NCBI GenBank assembly: GCA_963666275.2
Contig: CAXXOA010000001.1
Span: 1,440,001-1,504,000, forward strand
DNA length: 64,000 nucleotides
Direction: 5' to 3'
Source of the DNA: Oceanispirochaeta sp.
GTDB lineage: Bacteria; Spirochaetota; Spirochaetia; DSM-2461
Positions within the stretch are counted from its first letter, which is position 1. Each line of letters begins with the position of its first letter. The notes beneath the pieces are model-generated. The model worked only from the letters and a program-made list of their open reading frames with translations. It was not told where the DNA came from and ran no database searches. Below, piece by piece: positions 59,902 through 64,000 of this stretch. The translations under genes were made by a program, and so were the position numbers.

Positions 59902-61849
59902 AATACTGACACTGCTTCTAATCTGTCTGCTGGTACCTCTGGCAGCACAGTCTCCAATTGATTTCTACAATACCGGTTACAGATCCATGGCTTCAGGCGA
60001 CTACTTCACCGCTCTGGATAATTATAAAAAAGCCCTGGAAATTAATCCTTCCTATACGGATGCTCTACTTGGAATCTCCCGGACCTACTTTCTGCTTCAG
60101 GAGTATGAAGAGGCCCTGGATTATTCCCGTCTGGCTCTCAAAGGCTCTGAAAGGCGCATCGATGCCATAAACCTGCAGGGACGGATCTATCTGGGGCTAT
60201 CGGATCTGGAGAAAGCTTCTGAAATGTTCAATCTGGTCCAGTCTATTGAACCCAATAATATGACTGCCGCCTACGGACTGGCGGAAATCGCTGTTTTCCG
60301 GGGCAATTACAAGGAAGGGTCCAGTCTTTTTGAAAAAAGCCTGGCCGTAAATCCCGACAGCCGGCGGGCTCTTTTGTCTCTTGTGGTCCTGGCGGATAAA
60401 ATGGGTGATGCCGGCAAAGCGGAACAGTATCTGGAATCAGCTCTTGCCTATTATCCCCAGGACCGTGTGGTTCTGAATGAAGCCATTCGTCACTATGTGG
60501 ACGGCCGTCGCTGGGACCAGGCGGAAGCACTGGCCAGACAGCTGGTTGCATTGGAACCGGAGAACAGGGATACGAACCTGACTCTGGGGCATATCTATAC
60601 CAATACAGGCGATTTTGATCAGGCAGTGCATTACTTTCAGGAAAGTATAAAAAACGAGCAGGAAAATCCCATGCTCTGGTTCTACCTGGGAAGGGCTTTT
60701 CTGGGACTGGGCAGACATGAGGAAGCTCTCCTCTGTTTCCAGACCGTGAATCTCCTCAATCCTCAGGATGAAGTGGCAAGGCTGACAGCCGAAAACCTTC
60801 TGATGTCCTACTATCCTCTGAATCATGATCAGAGAGTTGCCGCGGCAGCATGGCACTTTGAAAAAGGCCGCTCCTATAAGGCCTCCTTCCAGTACGATAA
60901 AGCCTTCGATGAATACCGGCGGGGGCGTTTGCTGGCGCCTCTGGATCTGGACGGCTGGTGGCAGTATGCGGGGATCCTGAATGCTATGGGGCAGGGGAAC
61001 AGGTACCGGGAGGAACTGGAAGCTCTTCATCGGGAAGAGTATGCCAATCTGGAGTTTAACAGGCTCTACGAACTTGTCATGAGTTCCGAGGACCTCTCTT
61101 TTCCCAGAGTCTGGGAAACTCCGGTGATTCAGAGAAACAGCAATATCAATCTGGCTCTGTTTATTGATAAATCCGCCAGTGATCTCTATCACACAGGCAG
61201 CGAAATGGATTTTATCCGTTACCTGGGAGATACGCTTATGCGTAATTCCGGTCTTTCTATCGATGAGCAGAAGGTTCTGGAATCTTCTTCGGATGCTTTC
61301 AGTGCCGGACGGAACGGGAACTCGGATTTTTATGCCCTTCTGTCTGTTTCAGAAAAAGAGCGATCCATCCGTATCAACTGCCGTCTGTTCCTGTCCAGAA
61401 CGGGAAATGAGATAACCTCTTTCGATCTGCTTCGTTCGGGAAATATGAGGGTCAGTGAGATCATCAGGAAGGCCGCCGAGGAGCTGGAGCAGAGGCTTCC
61501 CGTCAAAGGCTATCTGGCCGGTATAGACGGAGACAGGGTTCTTGTCAATCTTGGTACCATGAACAATGTGGAAGCCGAAATGTCTTTTGTCCTGCTCAGG
61601 CAGGGAACAGGCCGCTGGCTGGACAGGGAACCCTACCGGGACTATCAGCCCGAGGATGTTCTGGGAACAGTCACCATTGAAGAAACCCAGGAAAAATATT
61701 CCATTGGCATACTCCAGAGGAATTCCCCTTTTGATCTTGTCAATGCAGGGGATGAGATTTATAGACTGCCGGAAGACATGGAAGAACTGGTTCTGCCCGA
61801 GGATACCATGAATAATGAATTGAAAAACCAGCTGCTCAGGCTCTATTAG
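59876..61849 (+). CDS. Exported multi-TPR protein
   Basis: Signal peptide; repeated ALEINP, SLAVNP, VALEP helical repeats. Confidence 0.85.
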   Translation: MMKRLLKTEILTLLLICLLVPLAAQSPIDFYNTGYRSMASGDYFTALDNYKKALEINPSYTDALLGISRTYFLLQEYEEALDYSRLALKGSERRIDAINLQGRIYLGLSDLEKASEMFNLVQSIEPNNMTAAYGLAEIAVFRGNYKEGSSLFEKSLAVNPDSRRALLSLVVLADKMGDAGKAEQYLESALAYYPQDRVVLNEAIRHYVDGRRWDQAEALARQLVALEPENRDTNLTLGHIYTNTGDFDQAVHYFQESIKNEQENPMLWFYLGRAFLGLGRHEEALLCFQTVNLLNPQDEVARLTAENLLMSYYPLNHDQRVAAAAWHFEKGRSYKASFQYDKAFDEYRRGRLLAPLDLDGWWQYAGILNAMGQGNRYREELEALHREEYANLEFNRLYELVMSSEDLSFPRVWETPVIQRNSNINLALFIDKSASDLYHTGSEMDFIRYLGDTLMRNSGLSIDEQKVLESSSDAFSAGRNGNSDFYALLSVSEKERSIRINCRLFLSRTGNEITSFDLLRSGNMRVSEIIRKAAEELEQRLPVKGYLAGIDGDRVLVNLGTMNNVEAEMSFVLLRQGTGRWLDREPYRDYQPEDVLGTVTIEETQEKYSIGILQRNSPFDLVNAGDEIYRLPEDMEELVLPEDTMNNELKNQLLRLY

Positions 61850-61871
61850 TCTGCGTGTCTTCTCATGGATA

Positions 61872-61900
61872 TTGACCTCTACAAGCTATTCTAATATATT
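61872..61900 (+). promoter_or_regulatory. Sigma70 promoter of gap-pgk
   Basis: TTGACC-17 nt-TATATT. Confidence 0.7.
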
Positions 61901-61922
61901 AAATTAGATAAAATTCTAATGA

Positions 61923-62936
<1,014 letters not shown>

Positions 62937-62948
62937 GGAGCAACCAAA

Positions 62949-64000
62949 ATGGCTGTTGTTACAGTAAAAGACAAGGACCTGAAAAATAAACGCGTACTGG
63001 TCCGCGTGGATTTCAACGTTCCTCTCAAAGAAGGAAAAATTACTGACGATACAAGAATGCAGAGAGCTCTTCCAACTCTGAAATACATCCTTGAACAGGA
63101 AGGGGCTTCTCTGATTGTTATGAGCCACCTGGGACGACCCTCAGAAGAGAGAGAACCTCAGTTCAGTATGAAACAGCTGGAGGCGCATCTGGCGGAAATT
63201 GCAGGGGTTCCTGTAAAAACTGCTCCCGACTGTGTCGGGCCCGAGGTCGAGAAAATGGCTTCTGAACTCAAAGCGGGAGAGATCCTTCTCCTGGAGAATA
63301 CCCGGTATCATAACGCTGAAAAGAAGAATGATCCCGAATTCGCAGCTCAGATGGCCAGGCTGGCAGACGTGTATGTGAATGATGCCTTCGGAGCTGCACA
63401 CCGTGCTCACGCATCTACGGAAGGCATTACAAAATATCTTCCCTCCTGCGCCGGTTTTCTGATGGAAAAAGAGTGCCTGTTTTTTGACAAGGTCCTCGAA
63501 AATCCCGAAAAACCCTTTGTTGCCATTATCGGGGGAGCGAAAGTTTCCTCTAAAATTGCTGTTCTGGAATCTCTGATAGACAAATGCAATACCTTCGTGA
63601 TCGGTGGTGGAATGGCATACACTTTCCTAAAAGTTCAGGGGCATGCCATTGGTAATTCTCTTTTTGAAGAAGAGTTTATTGACACGGCAAAAACATTCCT
63701 TGAAAACGCTGAGAAAGCCGGCGTTGAAGTAATCCTTCCGATGGATCATGTCGTGGCCTCTACCTTCAGTGAAGATGCTGATGCCGTAGCTGTTGATTCT
63801 GTTGAAATTCCCGAAGGAAAGCTTGCCATGGATGTGGGACCCAAAACGGTTGCCGCTGTCAAAGAGAGAATCGCGGCTGCTAAAACCGTTGTATGGAACG
63901 GACCCATGGGTGTTTTTGAATTTGACAAGTTTGCCAAAGGAACACTGGAAGTTGCCAACTTTGTGGCAGATTGTAAAGGAACGACAGTTGTCGGCGGTGG
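62949..64000 (+). CDS. pgk: Phosphoglycerate kinase (3' end outside window)
   Basis: Own translation: VLVRVDFNVP, MSHLGRP, LLENTRY, NDAFGAAHRAHAS, GGAKVSSK, WNGPMGVFE; AAGGAG upstream. Confidence 0.97.
   Translation, partial: MAVVTVKDKDLKNKRVLVRVDFNVPLKEGKITDDTRMQRALPTLKYILEQEGASLIVMSHLGRPSEEREPQFSMKQLEAHLAEIAGVPVKTAPDCVGPEVEKMASELKAGEILLLENTRYHNAEKKNDPEFAAQMARLADVYVNDAFGAAHRAHASTEGITKYLPSCAGFLMEKECLFFDKVLENPEKPFVAIIGGAKVSSKIAVLESLIDKCNTFVIGGGMAYTFLKVQGHAIGNSLFEEEFIDTAKTFLENAEKAGVEVILPMDHVVASTFSEDADAVAVDSVEIPEGKLAMDVGPKTVAAVKERIAAAKTVVWNGPMGVFEFDKFAKGTLEVANFVADCKGTTVVGG

Overview
This window is mostly core chromosome of a spirochaete. The gene order and protein families suggest a free-living Spirochaetales member, which is an inference. 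The housekeeping blocks are: nadC-nadB-ispE-spoVG-tRNA-Gln-rplY-pth-tilS-ftsH, lepA, tRNA-Asp and tRNA-Pro, an NlpD-like gene with a group-2 sigma factor, a phospho-sugar mutase, rnhA, htrA, uvrB, yggS, rluD, murI, rsgA, a V/A-type ATPase operon with Na+-type rotor residues, ispG, uvrA, an lptD-like gene, phoH-7TM/HD-ybeY-corC, gap and a partial pgk. One AT-rich accessory islet (about 43180-47030) lies between the ATPase terminator and ispG. It holds an orphan Rhs core/toxin-tip gene and a putative immunity gene, followed directly by an integron attC-like site. That site is only visible after removing an IS481-family element (26-bp IRs, 7-bp target duplication) inserted into it. An IS256 end remnant, a degenerate second attC half and a RelE/HigA-type toxin-antitoxin pair follow. 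Other notable items are a bacterial GTDC1/QTMAN-like glycosyltransferase coupled to an m5C RNA methyltransferase, a DA1-like peptidase, a non-canonical start for pth and several apparently leaderless genes. All assignments come from motif recognition by eye; no searches were run.
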